DNA from: Chiloscyllium plagiosum
Taxonomy: Eukaryota
Assembly: GCF_004010195.1 (NCBI RefSeq)
Contig: NC_057720.1
Location: 19,831,269 to 19,895,268 of the forward strand
Direction: 5' to 3'
DNA: 64,000 bases
The notes under the pieces are model-generated. The model ran no database searches. It had not been told where the DNA came from and saw only the letters and a list, made by a program, of their open reading frames with translations. The position numbers and the translations under genes were made by a program. Of the stretch, positions 49,215 through 62,830 are shown in pieces. Positions within the stretch are counted from its first letter, which is position 1, and each line of letters starts with the position of its first letter.

Positions 49215-51400
49215 AGATGTATAACAGGTGCAAAGGGAACAAACTAATGGAAGCCCTAAAGAATACAATTTGAAAGAGGAGCTTAAGTAAGCAATTGGGA
49301 GAGCAAAAAGTGGACATGAAAACAATCTAGTGGGCAAAATTAGGGAGAGTCACAAGCTATTCTACAAATAAATCAAGGGTAAGAGAATAACCAGGGAAAG
49401 AGTAGGGCCCAATAGGATAAAGGGAGAAGTCTGTGGAGCCTAAAGACATTTGTAGCTTGTTAAATGGATACTTCACAACTACCGTTAATCAGGAGGAGGA
49501 TGTAGGTATAGAATTCAAGAAGATGATGGATCATAAAGTTTTTGAGTAGTTTCATATAGAGAGTGAGGAGTTAATGGAGTTGTTGGCAGGTTTAAAAGTG
49601 GACATCCCCAGTTCTGGATGAGTCATATCTCAGGCTGCTGTGGGAAGTAAGGGAGGAAATCACAGGTGTCCTGACCCCAAATTTTAAATTCCTCTCTGGT
49701 CACACAGGACTGAAGGACAGATAACGTGGTTTCACTTTTCAAGAAGGGTGGTAGATACATGGAACTATATACAGTACATGGAGCCTCACAGTAGTGGTAA
49801 GGAAACTATTGGAGAAAATTGGGAAGGAAGGCAAAGGCAAAGTTTGATCAGAGGCAGTCAGCATCATGCCTAACAAATCTAGTTGAATTTTTCAAGGAGG
49901 TAACCAAGTATGTAGATGAGAGTAGCGTAGTTGATGTAGTTTATATGGAATTTAAGTTAGGCCTTTGACAAAGTCCCACATGGGAAAATGATAAGGAGGG
50001 TAAGTTGGATCTAATATTGGCTTCATGGCAGGACAGAGAGGATGGTAATAAGTAATTTGTGTGACTGGAGGCCAGTGTCCGGTGGTGTACTGCAGGGTCC
50101 CTTGTGTTATACATATTCATATATATATAAATGATGTAGATGAGGGCGTGGGGTTGATGATTAAGTACGTTTGCGGTTGACACGAAGAATAGCCTGTAGT
50201 GGTCAGTGAGGGAAAAGGTCTTAGGTTACAGAGGGATATAGTCTGATTAGTCAGATGGGCAGATGGAATTTAATCCTGACGAGTATGCACTTTGGAAGAA
50301 GTAACAAGAAAAGAACTACTCAATAAATGTCAGGACAAGGGAAAGCACAGAGGAATGGAGGGTTTTACCACAGATTGCTGATAGCTACAGGGCAGGTTAA
50401 TAGCTTGGTTGAGAAGGCATGAGGTACTTGCTTTTAATCAATTGAGGCCTAGATTCTAAGTGCAGTGAGCTCCATTGGTATGAATGAGCCTGGTCGTCAT
50501 GGAGAGGGAGCATACAATATCCACTAACACTCTTGATGCCCTCAGAGAGAGATGGACACTGCAGGAAGTAGGGTGCTTTATCTCCCCTTCCAACTCCATT
50601 TTGAGTTGGCTGTTCCATTTCTTCCTAGCCTTTGATGGTTTACATTGCCCTTAATGGGCTTTGCACATATTCAACCAAAAACAATACTGATGGAGAAAGA
50701 GTGTTCCAGATCATTTTGAGTATGGACATAGACTACTTCATATTTGAGGAGTCATTAACAGATGGAAAAAAAAATCATGGGTGATTTGCGGAAAAAAATA
50801 AAGTTATGTGTAAGACTATTTCTGGATATAAAAAAAGTGCAGGAAGGTTATTTTGGAGCAGTACAGGACTTTGGTCAGGCCACAGCTGGAGCGCTGCATG
50901 CAGTTCTAGGGAAGGAGATGATTGCTTTGGAGGGGGTATAGATGAATTCACTAGGATATTGCATGGGATGGAGCATCTTATCTATGAAGAGAGGCTGGAT
51001 AAACTCAGGTTATTTTCTATAGAACAGAGAAGGTTGAGGAGGACCTGTTAGTGGTGTATAAGATTTGAGGGACATAAACAGGTTAGAGAGAAAACAGCTC
51101 TTCTTCTTAGTTGAAAGGCCAATAACAAGGAGGCACACATTTAAGGTGAAAGGCAGGAGGTTTAGAAGAGATTTGAGGAAAACCTTTTGGGTGATAGAGG
51201 TCTGAAATGCACTGCCTTGGAAGATAAGTAAGGCAGGTAACCCTTAAAAGGACTCGCATGACCACTTGAAGTCTCAGAACATTCAAGGTTATGGACATAC
51301 TGCTGGAAAGTGGGATTAATGTAGATTTAGTATATTTTTGGTGGTAGTACAGACTCGATGGACTGAAGGGCTTCTTCTGTACTCTGTGATTATGATTATT
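49215..51400 (+). mobile_element. Older CR1 ORF2 fragment
   Basis: Decayed RT and 3' end (YEERLDKLRLFSIEQRRLR). Confidence 0.75.
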
Positions 51401-53572
51401 TGGCACATACCATTCATCAATTGAAGCCTGGATTAAAAATAGAAAGTATCAGAAATGCTCAGCTGTTCTAGCAGTGTTGGTAGAGGAAGAGTGGTCCAGG
51501 TCTTTTTGAGTATGGACATTGACTACTTCATATCTGAGGAATTACAAATAATGCTGCAATAAAATCTGCAGTTACTGCCATTGCTGTTTGAGTTCAAGTA
51601 TCTCTGGACATTGGAGTGCATCTAGAAAAAATTAACAAACAGTGAAATTCACAGCTGACCTTGGAGGAACCTGTGTGGCAGAACTCACAGCACAGGAACA
51701 GATAAGTGCATAATTTTTAAATGTAACCTTGCTTTTAAATCTACAATAGTGAGTAAAGTGGGGTTGTTTCTTTATTATAAGTTTTATTGAGACCTGTCTC
51801 TTGATTAAATTTAAAAAATATAAACCATAAGTACAAAGTTGGCCTGGAGCAGTGTTTTTAGAGCTGTAAAACTGGGCTATTTTCTGGGTCTGTAGATTGT
51901 GAAGGAGCAAAGATGACCTTTAGTAGAGTGATGTGCTCTTCCTGTCAGATGTGGGAGATTAGGGAGAGTTTCCATTTTACTGGTGATTACATCTGCAAGA
52001 AGAGTGTTTGGTAGCGAATCCTATCAGATCACATGGATTGGTTGGAGCAGCAATTAGAAGCAATAAGGAATTTACAGGAGCAATGGGGTGTGATGGTTGG
52101 CAGTTATAGGAAGGGAGAAAAACCGCAGAAACAGGTAGATGGATTAACTCCAGAAAAGGTAAGAGAGGGTGTGCAGGAGTCTCCTGTGGCTAACACCATC
52201 TCAAATAAGAGTGGTTTTGGAAAATGTCGGGGTTGATGGACTCTCAGGGGAATTTAACACAAACAGCTAAGCTTCATGGCTCTAATGTAATGAAGGATAT
52301 GTCAGGTTCCAAGCGATTGATTGTGATAGGGGACTTTCTAGTAGAGGCACAGACAGATGTTTCTGCATCCAGCAGTGAGAAATCAGAATGGTGTGTTGCC
52401 TCCCTCGAGCCAGGATCAAGGATATCTCAGAGAGGGTGCAGAATGTTCTCAAAGGGGAGAAAGACCAGCAGGAGGTCTTAGTCCACATTGGAACTAATGA
52501 CATAGGAAGGGAAAAGGATGAGATTCTGAAGGGAGAATACAGAAAGTTAGGCAGAATATAAAAAGGAGGTCCAAGAAATAGAGTTAAGGAGAATCCACAG
52601 GAATTCTATAAATACATTAAGGACAAAAAAAGGTAATTAGAGAGAGAATACGGCCCCTCAAATATCAATAAGGCAGCCTATGTGCGGAACTGCAGAAGGA
52701 GAAAATGAGTATTTTGCATCAGTGTTTACTCTGGAGAAGGGCATGGAAGATATAGAATGTGGGGAAATAGATTGTGACATCTTGAAAAATGTCCATATTA
52801 CAGAAGAGTTGGTGCTGGATGTTGTAAAATGCATAAAGGTGGATAATTCCCTATGACCTGATCGAGTGTACCCTCGAACTCTGTGGGAAGCAAGGGAAGT
52901 AGTTGTTGGGTTCCTTGCTGAGATACTTGAATCATCGACAGTCACAGGTGAGGTGCCGAAAGACTGGAGGTTAGCTAACGTGGTGCCATTATTTAAGAAA
53001 GGTGGAAAAGAAAAGCAAGGGAACTATAGACCGGTGACCCTGACATCCATAGTAGGAAAGTCGTAGGAGGGAGTCCTGAGGGACAGGATGTACATGTATT
53101 TGGAAAGGCAAGGACTGATTAGGGATAGTCAACATGGCTTTGTGCGTGGGAAATCATGTCTCACGAAGTTGAGTGTTTTAAGGAAGTAATGAAGAGGATT
53201 GATGAGGTCATAGAAGGGGATGTGGTCCATATGGACTTCAGTCAGGCATTCGACAAGGTTCCTTGTGGTAGACTGGTTAGCAGGGTTACATCTAGTGGAA
53301 TACAGAGAGAACTAGCCGTTTGGATACAGAACTGGCTCGAAGGTAGAAGCCAGAGAGTGGTTGTGGAGGGTTACCTTTCAGACTGGAGTCCTGTGACCAG
53401 TGGTGTCTCGCAAGGATTGGTGCTGGGTCCACTGCTTTTTGTCACTTATATAAATGATTTGGATGTGAATGTAGTAGGTATAGGTAGTAAGTTTGCAGAA
53501 GACACCAAAATTGGTGGCGTACTGGACAGCAAAGAAGGTTACCTCAGAGTACAACAGGATCTTGATCAGATA

Positions 53573-56500
53573 GAGTCATAGAGATGTACAGCATGGAAAC
53601 AGACCCTTTGTTCCAACCCGCCCATGCCAACCAGATATCCCAACACAATCTAGTCCCACCTGCCAGCATCCGGCCCATATCCCTCCAAACTCTTTCTATT
53701 CATAAACCCATCCAAATGCCTCTTAATTGTACCAGCCTCCACCACTTCCTCTGGCAGCTCATTCCATACACGTAACACCCTCCGAATGAAAAGGTTGCCC
53801 CTTAGGTCTCTTTTATATCTTTCCCCTCTCACCTTAAACCTATGCCCTCTAGTTCTGGACTCCCCGACCCCAATGAAAAGACTTTGTCTATTTACCCTGT
53901 CCATGCCCTTCATAATTTTGTAAACCTCTATAAGGTCACCCCTCAGCCTCCAACGTTCCAGGGAAAACAGCCCCAGCCTGTTCAGCCTCTCCCTACAGCT
54001 CGAATCCTCCAACCTTGTCAACATCCTTGTAAATCTTTTCTGAACCCTTTCAAGTTTCACATCTTTTCGATAGGAAGGAGACCAGAATTGCACGCAATAT
54101 TCCAACAGTGGCCTAACCAATGTCCTGTACAGCCGCAATATGACCTCCCAACTCCTGTACTCAATACTCTGACCAATAAAGGAAAGCATACCAAACGCCT
54201 TCTTCACTATCCTATCTACCTGCGACTCCACTTTCAAGGAGCTATGAACCTGCACTGCAAGGTCTCTTTGTTCAGCAACACTCCCTAGGACCTTACCATT
54301 AAGTATATAAGTCCTGCTAAGATTTGCTTTCCCAAAATGCAGCACCTTGCATTTATCTGAATTAAACTCCATCTGCCACTTCTCAGCCCATTGATCTATC
54401 TGTTCAAGAACCTCTTGTTATCTGAGGTAACTACGCTTCCAATTTTGGTGTCATCTGTAAACTTATTAATTGTACCTGTTATGCTCGCATCCAAATCATT
54501 TATGTAAATGACAAAAAGTCAAGGACCCAGCACCGATCCTTGTGGCACTCCACTGGTCACAGGCCTCCAGTCTGAAAAACAACCCTCCACCACCACCCTC
54601 TGTCTTCTATCTTTGAGCCAGTTCTGTATCCACATGGCTAGCTCTCCCTCTATTCCATGAGATCTAACCTTGCTAACCAGTCTCCCATGGGGAACNNNNN
54701 NNNNNNNNNNNNNNNNNNNNNNNNNNNNNNNNNNNNNNNNNNNNNNNNNNNNNNNNNNNNNNNNNNNNNNNNNNNNNNNNNNNNNNNNNNNNNNNNNNNN
54801 NNNNNNNNNNNNNNNNNNNNNNNNNNNNNNNNNNNNNNNNNNNNNNNNNNNNNNNNNNNNNNNNNNNNNNNNNNNNNNNNNNNNNNNNNNNNNNNNNNNN
54901 NNNNNNNNNNNNNNNNNNNNNNNNNNNNNNNNNNNNNNNNNNNNNNNNNNNNNNNNNNNNNNNNNNNNNNNNNNNNNNNNNNNNNNNNNNNNNNNNNNNN
55001 NNNNNNNNNNNNNNNNNNNNNNNNNNNNNNNNNNNNNNNNNNNNNNNNNNNNNNNNNNNNNNNNNNNNNNNNNNNNNNNNNNNNNNNNNNNNNNNNNNNN
55101 NNNNNNNNNNNNNNNNNNNNNNNNNNNNNNNNNNNNNNNNNNNNNNNNNNNNNNNNNNNNNNNNNNNNNNNNNNNNNNNNNNNNNNNNNNNNNNNNNNNN
55201 NNNNNNNNNNNNNNNNNNNNNNNNNNNNNNNNNNNNNTCTATCCTGTCTATACCTTACATATGCTTCCTTCTTTTTCTTAACCAAACCCTCAATTACTTT
55301 AGTCATCCAGCATTCCCTATACTTACCAGCCTTTCCTTTCACCCTGACAGGAATATACTTTCTCTGGATTCTTGGTATCTCATTTCTGAAGGCTTCCCAT
55401 CTTCCAGCCGTCCCTTTACTTGCAAACATCTGCCTCCAACCAGCTTTTGAAAGTTTTTGCCTAATACCGTCAAAATTGGCCTCTCTCCAATTTAGAACTT
55501 CAACTTTTAGATCTGGTCTATCCTTTTCCATCACTACTTTAAATCTAATAGATTTATGGTCACTGGCCGCAAAGTGCTCCCCCACTGACACCTCAGTCAC
55601 CTGCCCTGCCTTATTTCCCAAGAGTAGGTCAAGTTTTGCACCTTCTCTAGTAGGTACATCCATGTACTGAATCAGAAAATTGTCTTGTACGCACTTAACA
55701 AATTTCCCTCCATCTAAACCCTTTACACTATGGCAATTTCAGTTTATGTTTGGAAAGTTAAAATCCCCTACCATAACCACCCTATTATTCTTACAGGTAG
55801 CTGAGATCTCCTTATAAGTTTGTTTCTCAATTTCCTTCTGATTATTAAGAGGTCTATAATACAATCCCAATAAGGTGACCATCCCTTTCTTATTTTTCAG
55901 TGCCACCCAAATAACTTCCCTGGATGTATCTCCGGGAATATCCTCCCTCAGCACAGGTGTAATGCTATCCCTTATCAAAAATGTCACTCCCCCTCCTCTC
56001 TTGCCTCCCTTTCTATCCTTCTTGTAGCATTTGTATCCTGGAACATTAAGCCACCAGTCCTGCCCATCCCTGAGCCATGTTTCCGTAATTGCTATGATAT
56101 CCCAGTCCCATGTTCCTAACCATGCCCTGAGTTCATCTGTCTTCCCTGTTAGGCCCCTTGCGTTGAAATAAATGCGGTTTAATTTATTAGTCCTACCTTG
56201 TCCCTGCTTGCCCTGACTGTTTGACTTGCTTCTGTTCTCAACTGTAGCAGTCTCAGATAAATCTCTTTCCTCACTATCTCCCACTCCCCTCCAGTTTACT
56301 AGTTTAAATCCTCCCAAGCAGCTCTATCAAATTTCCCTGCCAGTATATTAGTCCCCTTCCAATTTAGATGCAATACATCCTTCTTGTACAGGTCACTTCT
56401 ACCCCAAAAGATTTCAATGATCCAAAAATGTGAATCCTTCTCCCAAACACCAGCTCCTCAGCCATACATTCATCTGCTCTATCCTCCTATTCCTGCCCTC

Positions 56501-57083
56501 ACTAATTCATAGCACTGGGAGTACTCCAGATATTACTACTTTAGAGGACCTCCTTTTTAAATTTCTGCCTAACTCTCTGTAATCTTCCTGCAGAATCTCA
56601 ACTTTTTCCATTCCTATATCGTTGGTTCCAATGTAGACAATGACCTCTTGCTGACCCCTCTTCCCCCCGAGAACATTCTGCACCCACTACAATACATCCT
56701 TGATCCTGGCACCAGGGAAGCAACACACCATTCTGCTTTTTCGCTGCTGGCCACAGAAACGTTAGTCTGTACCTCAGACTTCAGAATCCCCTAACACAAT
56801 TGATCTATTGGAAGCCGACGTACCCCTCGTTGCATTAGAGCCAGTCTCAATACCAGAAACTTGGCTATTCGTGCTACGTTCCCCTGAGAATCCATCACCC
56901 CCTACATTTTGCAAAACAGCATACCTGTTTGAAATGGGTATATCCACAAAAGACTCCTGCCCTAGGTGCCTACTTCTCTTATCTTTCCTGGAGTTAACCC
57001 ATCTATGTGACTGTATCTGAAACTCTCCCCCTTTCCTACAACTGCCATCCATCAAATACTGTTGCTGTTGCAAATTCCTCAAT
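53573..57083 (-). mobile_element. Long, relatively young CR1 (ORF1 esterase part, endonuclease, RT, 3' end) spanning gap 54696-55236
   Basis: ORFs 56774-57190 (IVLGDS), 55739-56317 (YFNARGL, AITETWL, VGDFN) and 53650-54372. Confidence 0.9.
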
Positions 57084-57132
57084 TGGTACATAAGTGTGAG
57101 GTGCTGCATTTTGGAAAGGCAAATCAGAACAT

Positions 57133-59100
57133 GACAACAGACAATAGGTGCAGGAGTAGGCCATTCTGCCCTTCGAGCCAGCACCACCATTCATTATGAT
57201 CATGGCTGATCATCCTCAATCAGTATCCTGTTCCTGCCTTATCCCCATAACCATTGATTCCACTATACTTAAGAGCTCTATCCAACTCTTTCTTGAAAGT
57301 ATCCAGAGACTTGGCCTGCACAGCCTTCTGGGGCAGAGCATTCCACACACTCACCACTCTCTGGGTGAAGAAGTTTCTCCTCAACTCTGTTCTAAATGGC
57401 CTACCCCTTATTTTTATGGGACTCACCCATCAGCGGAAACATGCTTCCTGCCTCCAGAGTGTCCAATCCTTTAATAATCTTATACATCTCAATCAGATCC
57501 CCTCTCAGCCTTCTAAACTCAAGGGTATACAAGCCCAGTCGCTCCAATCTTTCAACGTAAGATAGTCCCGCCATTCCGGAAATTGACCTCGTGAACCTAT
57601 GCTGCACTCCCTCAATAGCCAGAATGTCTTTCCCCAAATTTGGAGACCCCAAAACCAGATGGTTCAGTCTAATGTTTCTAACAATCAACAGTCATCATTC
57701 CATTCTTAAATTCCAGATTTTAAAAATTCAGTTCAATATTGAATTCACGACAATCCTGCCGTGGCGGGATTTTAATCTGGGTTCCCAGAACATTACTTGG
57801 GTCTCTGGATTAATAGTCTAGCGATAATACCACAAAGCTATTGCCAACATTCTTTAGTGAACTTAAATTCCTCCCATTACTGAAGTGGAATTCGAACCTG
57901 CGGCATTACCTTGGGTGGGTTAAGAGTCCAGTGAACCGACCACGACAACACCACGTTGTTAACCACAAGTCCGGGGCGACTGACTGTGTGGAGTTGCACA
58001 TTCTCCCCATCTCTGTGTGGGTTTCCTCCCACATTCCAAAGATGTTCAGGTTAGGGTAAATTGCCCATCATGTTAAGTGATGTGTAGATTAGGTGCATTA
58101 GTAAGGGTAAATATAGGATAGTAGGGGAATGGGTCTGGGTGGATTACTCTTTGGAGGGTCAGTGTGGACTTGTTGGGCCAAAGGGCCTGTTTCCACACTG
58201 TAGGGATTCTATAAGATTCTCTAAGTCCAGTCTGTTCTACCTTGGTAATGTAGTGGCTGGTTCCATTCCTCCCTTGTGTGTTTATCAAGCTTTCCCCATT
58301 CACCCTGACCACCCGTTGAGGGAGTGAATCCCAGATACCCGCCTCCCACACCCCCGAGCTCTCTTTTATTTGGGTTGGGGAGGAGGGGGGGGAGGTGATG
58401 TTTCCTTCAATTGGATTTCTTGCTGGCAGGCAGGTAAAGGGAGCCATTTATCACTACTCTTCGTTTCCTGTCAGCCAACCAATTTTCAATCCAAGTCAGT
58501 ATTTTGCCCCCAATACCATGCGCCGTAATTTTGCTCACTAACCTCCTATGTGGGACTTTATCAAAGGCTTTCTGAAAGCCCAGGTACACTACATCCACTG
58601 GATCTCCCTTGTCCATCTTCAGAGTTACATCCTCAAAATATTCCAGAAGATTAGTCAAGCATAATTTCCCCTTCATAAATCCATGCTGACTCTGATCTAT
58701 CCTGTTACTGCTATCCAGAAATGTCATAATTTCATCCTTTATAATTGACTCCAGCATCTTTCCCACCACTGAGGTCAGACTAACTGGTCTATAATTCCCT
58801 TTCTCTCTCCCTCCTTTCTTAAAAAGTGGGACATTAGCCACCCTCCAATCCGCAGGAACTGATCCTGAATCTATAGAACATTGGAAAATGATCACCAATG
58901 CATCCACGACTTCTAGAGCCACCTCCTTCAGTACCCTGAGATGTAGACCATCAGGTCCTGGGGACTTATCAGCCTTCAAACCTAACAGTCTCTCCAACAC
59001 CAATTCCTGGCAAATATAAATTCCCATCAGTTCAGGTCCTTCAACCACTATTACCTCTGGGAGATTGCTTGTGTCTTTTCCAGTGAACACAGATCTGAAG
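57133..59100 (-). mobile_element. CR1 RT/3' fragment with nested SINEs
   Basis: ORF 58407-59111 KSPGPDGLH...QHGFMKGK.CLTNL...QKAFDKVPH. Confidence 0.88.
57970..58215 (+). mobile_element. HE1-type SINE, 5' truncated, nested in CR1
   Basis: Core and tail motifs as in the other copies. Confidence 0.75.
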
Positions 59101-59886
59101 GAGTTATACACTTAATGGTATGGTCCTGGGGAGTGTTGCTGAATGAAGAGACCTTGGTGTGCAGGTTCATTATTCCTTGAAGTGGAGTTGCAGGTAGAGA
59201 GGATAGTGAAGGCGGCATTTGGTATGCTTTCCTTTATTGGACAGAGCATCGAGTTGGGAGATCATGTTGCGACTGTACAGGACAACTGGTTGGCAACTTT
59301 TAGAATATTGGGTTCAGTTCTGGTCTCTCTCCTATCAGAAGGATGTTGTGAGACTTGAAAGGGCTCAGAAAAGATGTACATGATTGTTGCCAGGTTTGGA
59401 GGATTTTAACTATAGGGAGAGGCTGAATAGGCTGGGGCTGTTTTCCTTAGAGTGTCAGAGGCTGAGGGGTAACCTTATAGAGGTGTATAAAATCATGAGG
59501 GACATGGTTAGGGTAAATAGTCAAGGTCATTTCCCTGGGATGGTGTGTCCAGAACTAGAGAGCATAGGTTTAGGGTGTGAGGGGGCAAAAAATTAACAGG
59601 GGCGTAAGGAGCAACTTTTTCACGCAGAAGGTGGTGTGTTTATGGAATGAGCTGCCAGAGGAAGTGGTGGAGGCTGGTACAATTACAACATTTAAAAGGC
59701 ATCTGGATGGGTATATAAATAGGAAGGATTTGGAGGGATATAGGACAAGTGCTGGCATATGCGACTAGATTTGCCGGTCTGCATGGACGAGTTGGACCGA
59801 AGGGTGTTTCTGTGTTGTACACTTCTTTGACTCTAAATGTCCCTACTTACGACTTAAGGATGGAAGGTCAGTAACGAAGCAGCTGA

Positions 59887-60390
59887 TGAATTGAATTGAA
59901 TTGAATTGAATTGAATTTATTGTCACATGTACCGAGGCACAGTGAAAAGCTTTGCCTTGCGAGCAATACAGGCAGATTCACAAAGTCGCATAAATAATAG
60001 GTAAACAGCAGCAAAAAAAGAAACACTGGTACAGGCGAATGTTAAGACTTTGTGAGTCCATTCAGTATTCTAACAGTAGGGTAGAAACTTGTTTCGAAAC
60101 CAGCTCATGCATGTGTTCGGAATTCTGTACCTTCTCCCCGATGGTAGAGGTTGTAGGAAAACATTGTCGGGGGGATGGATCTCTGAGAATGTTGGCGGCC
60201 TTTCCTTGACAGTGGGTCTGGTAGATAGATTCTACAGATGGGAGGTTGGCCTTTGTGATTGACTGGGCCGAGTTCACCACTCTCTGTAACTGTCTCCAAT
60301 CTTGAATGGTACAGTTGCCATACCAGGTAGTGATACATCCAGACAGAGTGCTCTCAATGATGCATCTATAAATGTTGCTAAGGGCATTCG
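59887..60390 (-). mobile_element. Rex1/Babar-type LINE 3' end with (TTCAA)n tail
   Basis: YRCIIESTLSGCITTWYGNC...LQRVVNSAQSI is a typical Rex1 ORF C-terminus. Microsatellite tail at 59887-59917. Confidence 0.75.
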
Positions 60391-60749
60391 CCATCACGTC
60401 ATGATGGTTGATCCTGAGATACAACATTGGAGAGCTCATGTACTGATGTCCTGGGCTGAGGTGATAATCTCCAAGAACGACAAGCATCTTCTGGGTTGTT
60501 AATTATATTCAAACGGAGTAAAGACAGATGAACAGAATTGATGTATTAAATAACCTATTTCTGCTTTTACATCTTATTGCTAGGTATGATTCTAACAAGG
60601 TTCAAGGAATACTGAATTTCTGTTATGAAGACAGACTTGAAGGTTGAAAGGAGATCTGACTGAAGTATTCAAAGTTCAGAGTGGTGTGGATACATGCATT
60701 CTCCATGTTAATATATCTGCCAGAGTCCACTTGCCAAAATCCAGAATGC

Positions 60750-62210
60750 TGGAGGGTGGTGCGTGTGTGGAATGGGCTGCCAGAGGAAGTGGTGGAGGCT
60801 GGTACAATCGCACCATTTAAAAAGGCATCTGGATAGGTATACGAATAGGAATGATTTGGAGGGATATGGGCTGGGTGCAGGCAGATGGGACTAGATCAAG
60901 TTGGGATAGCTGGTCGGCCTATACGAGTTGGACAGAAGGGTCTGTTTCCGTGCTGTACATTTCGATGGCTCTAATACTGGCAAGTCCCGATCATGTTGAG
61001 TGGCGGAGAAGACTCAAGTGGATGAATGGCCCATACCTGCTCTTACCTTCTACGGTGTATCAATCACAAAAAGCTAGCATGCAAGTACAGTAAGTGATTG
61101 GAACACAAATAGAATAATGCCATATTATTGTAAAATGGACCATTAAAATAAGGAACTTTGCCATTGCTGTAGAGGGCTTTGTAAGACTGCATCTGGGGTA
61201 CTGTGTAAACATTTTTACTCTTTACTTAGGGATATAACTAAATTAGAAATAGTTTTGACAAGTTTATCTCAGGAATGGACTGAGTGAAAAGGGTCACCGA
61301 CTAAGGAGAAGTTAAATGCTTTTTCTCTCCTCAATGGAATTTAGAAGAACAAAAAGTGATTTTACTGAAATATATGATTCTGATCTTGATTGGGTGGATG
61401 CTGGAATGCTCCCCGAGGGGACAGAGTTTAAGTGGTGTCTCATGTAAGACAGAAATGAGAAGGAATTTTTTCTTTTAAGAGGGTCACCAGATTTTGGAAT
61501 TTTCCTTCTCGAGTACAAGAGCAGAGATTTACTTTGAGGCTGTATATGGGTCTAGTCAGACCATATTTGGAATATGGAGAGTAGTTTTGGGCCCTGCGTC
61601 TAATCAAGGATGTACTGGAATTGGAGGGAGTCTAGAGGAGGTTTACAAGAATGATCCTTAGAATGAAGGGCTTCTTATACGAGAAGCAATTGAGGACCCT
61701 GGGTATAGTTCAGAAGGATGAGGAGGAATCTAATTGGAAATTACAGACTATAAGAAGCCTGGATGGAGTGGACATGGAGAAGATGCTCCCACTAGTAGGA
61801 GAGATCAGGCCTCAATGGCACAGCCTCAGAGTGAAGGGTCAAACCTTTAGAACGGAGATGAAGAAAATTTCTTCAGCCAGACTGTGGTGAATCTGCGGAA
61901 GTCATTGCTGAAGGCTGTGAAAATCAAGTCATTGATTGTATTTAAGACAGGGATAGATAGATTTTTTAAGAGGATCCAGGGTTACAGGAAAATGGGACTG
62001 AGAAGCATATCAACCATGATTGAATAGCGCAGCAGATTCAATGGGCTGATTGATCTAATTCTACTCGCATATCTTATGATTGTGTGGAAATCAAGGGTTA
62101 TGATGTGGGGCAGGTTTGAAAATGGAGTTAAAGCTACACGCAGATCAGCTGTGATTTTAAGCCATAATAAAGGCAAGCTTGAGGGGTTGAATGGCCTACT
62201 TCTGTTTCTA
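60750..62210 (+). mobile_element. Tandem CR1 3' fragments
   Basis: Repeated CR1 C-terminal/3' UTR motifs. Confidence 0.75.
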
Positions 62211-62574
62211 TGTCTTACGAAAATCTGTGAAGTGAGAAACAGAGTTAACATTTTGACTCATATAATTTTTCTTTAGAATGGTCCAATTGCCAAACAATGC
62301 ACAGTCTCCTCTCATGCAGTATAAATGTTGATTTTGCCACTGAATTCATATCCTTGCAAAATGTGCAGATGTATGCAAGATGAAAAAATATGCATTTTGT
62401 GGAAAGTTTTCAGTAAGGCTCCAGTTCTGTACTACCAAATGATTACTTAGCTTGACTATATTGTTTTCAGCAGTATTGAATCTGGTCAATGTTTTAATGA
62501 TTCATCGAGAGTCTGCAATTACATTACTCAACTCCTAATTTGTGATCGTATGCTGGATGTGTTGGAACCAAAAA

Positions 62575-62830
62575 GGAAAAAAAGACACTTTAGAGTGGCT
62601 TTCATGATTACTGATGTCTCACAGTACTTTACAAGCAGTGAAGTACCTTTGAAGTGTAGTCTCTGCTGTAATACAGGAAATGTAACAGCTAATTTGTAGA
62701 CTAAACTCCCACAAACAGCACTGCTATAACTACTACATTTCTTTCAATGAAAGATGGTAACTGAAGGACAAATATTGGTAAGGAAATCAGGGATAACATT
62801 CCCATTCTTCTTCAAAATTGTGCCATATTG
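62575..62830 (-). mobile_element. DeuSINE-like 3' part
   Basis: Reverse complement resembles the 17035-17180 tail (gaagtacctttgaagtgtagtc...ggaaatgtaacagctaatttg). Confidence 0.55.

Larger units (their letters stand above)
51640..59835 (+). mobile_element. CR1 element retaining 5' UTR/ORF1, split in three (51640-53572, ~57085-57130, 59101-59835)
   Basis: ORF1 start M..SRVMCSSCQMWE..., esterase-like VIGD and VHIGTND. ORF2 is colinear across two minus-strand insertions. Confidence 0.8.

Noticed and set aside
54650..55670. 337-aa ORFs on both strands
   Set aside because: Artefacts of translating through the 541-N gap within a CR1.
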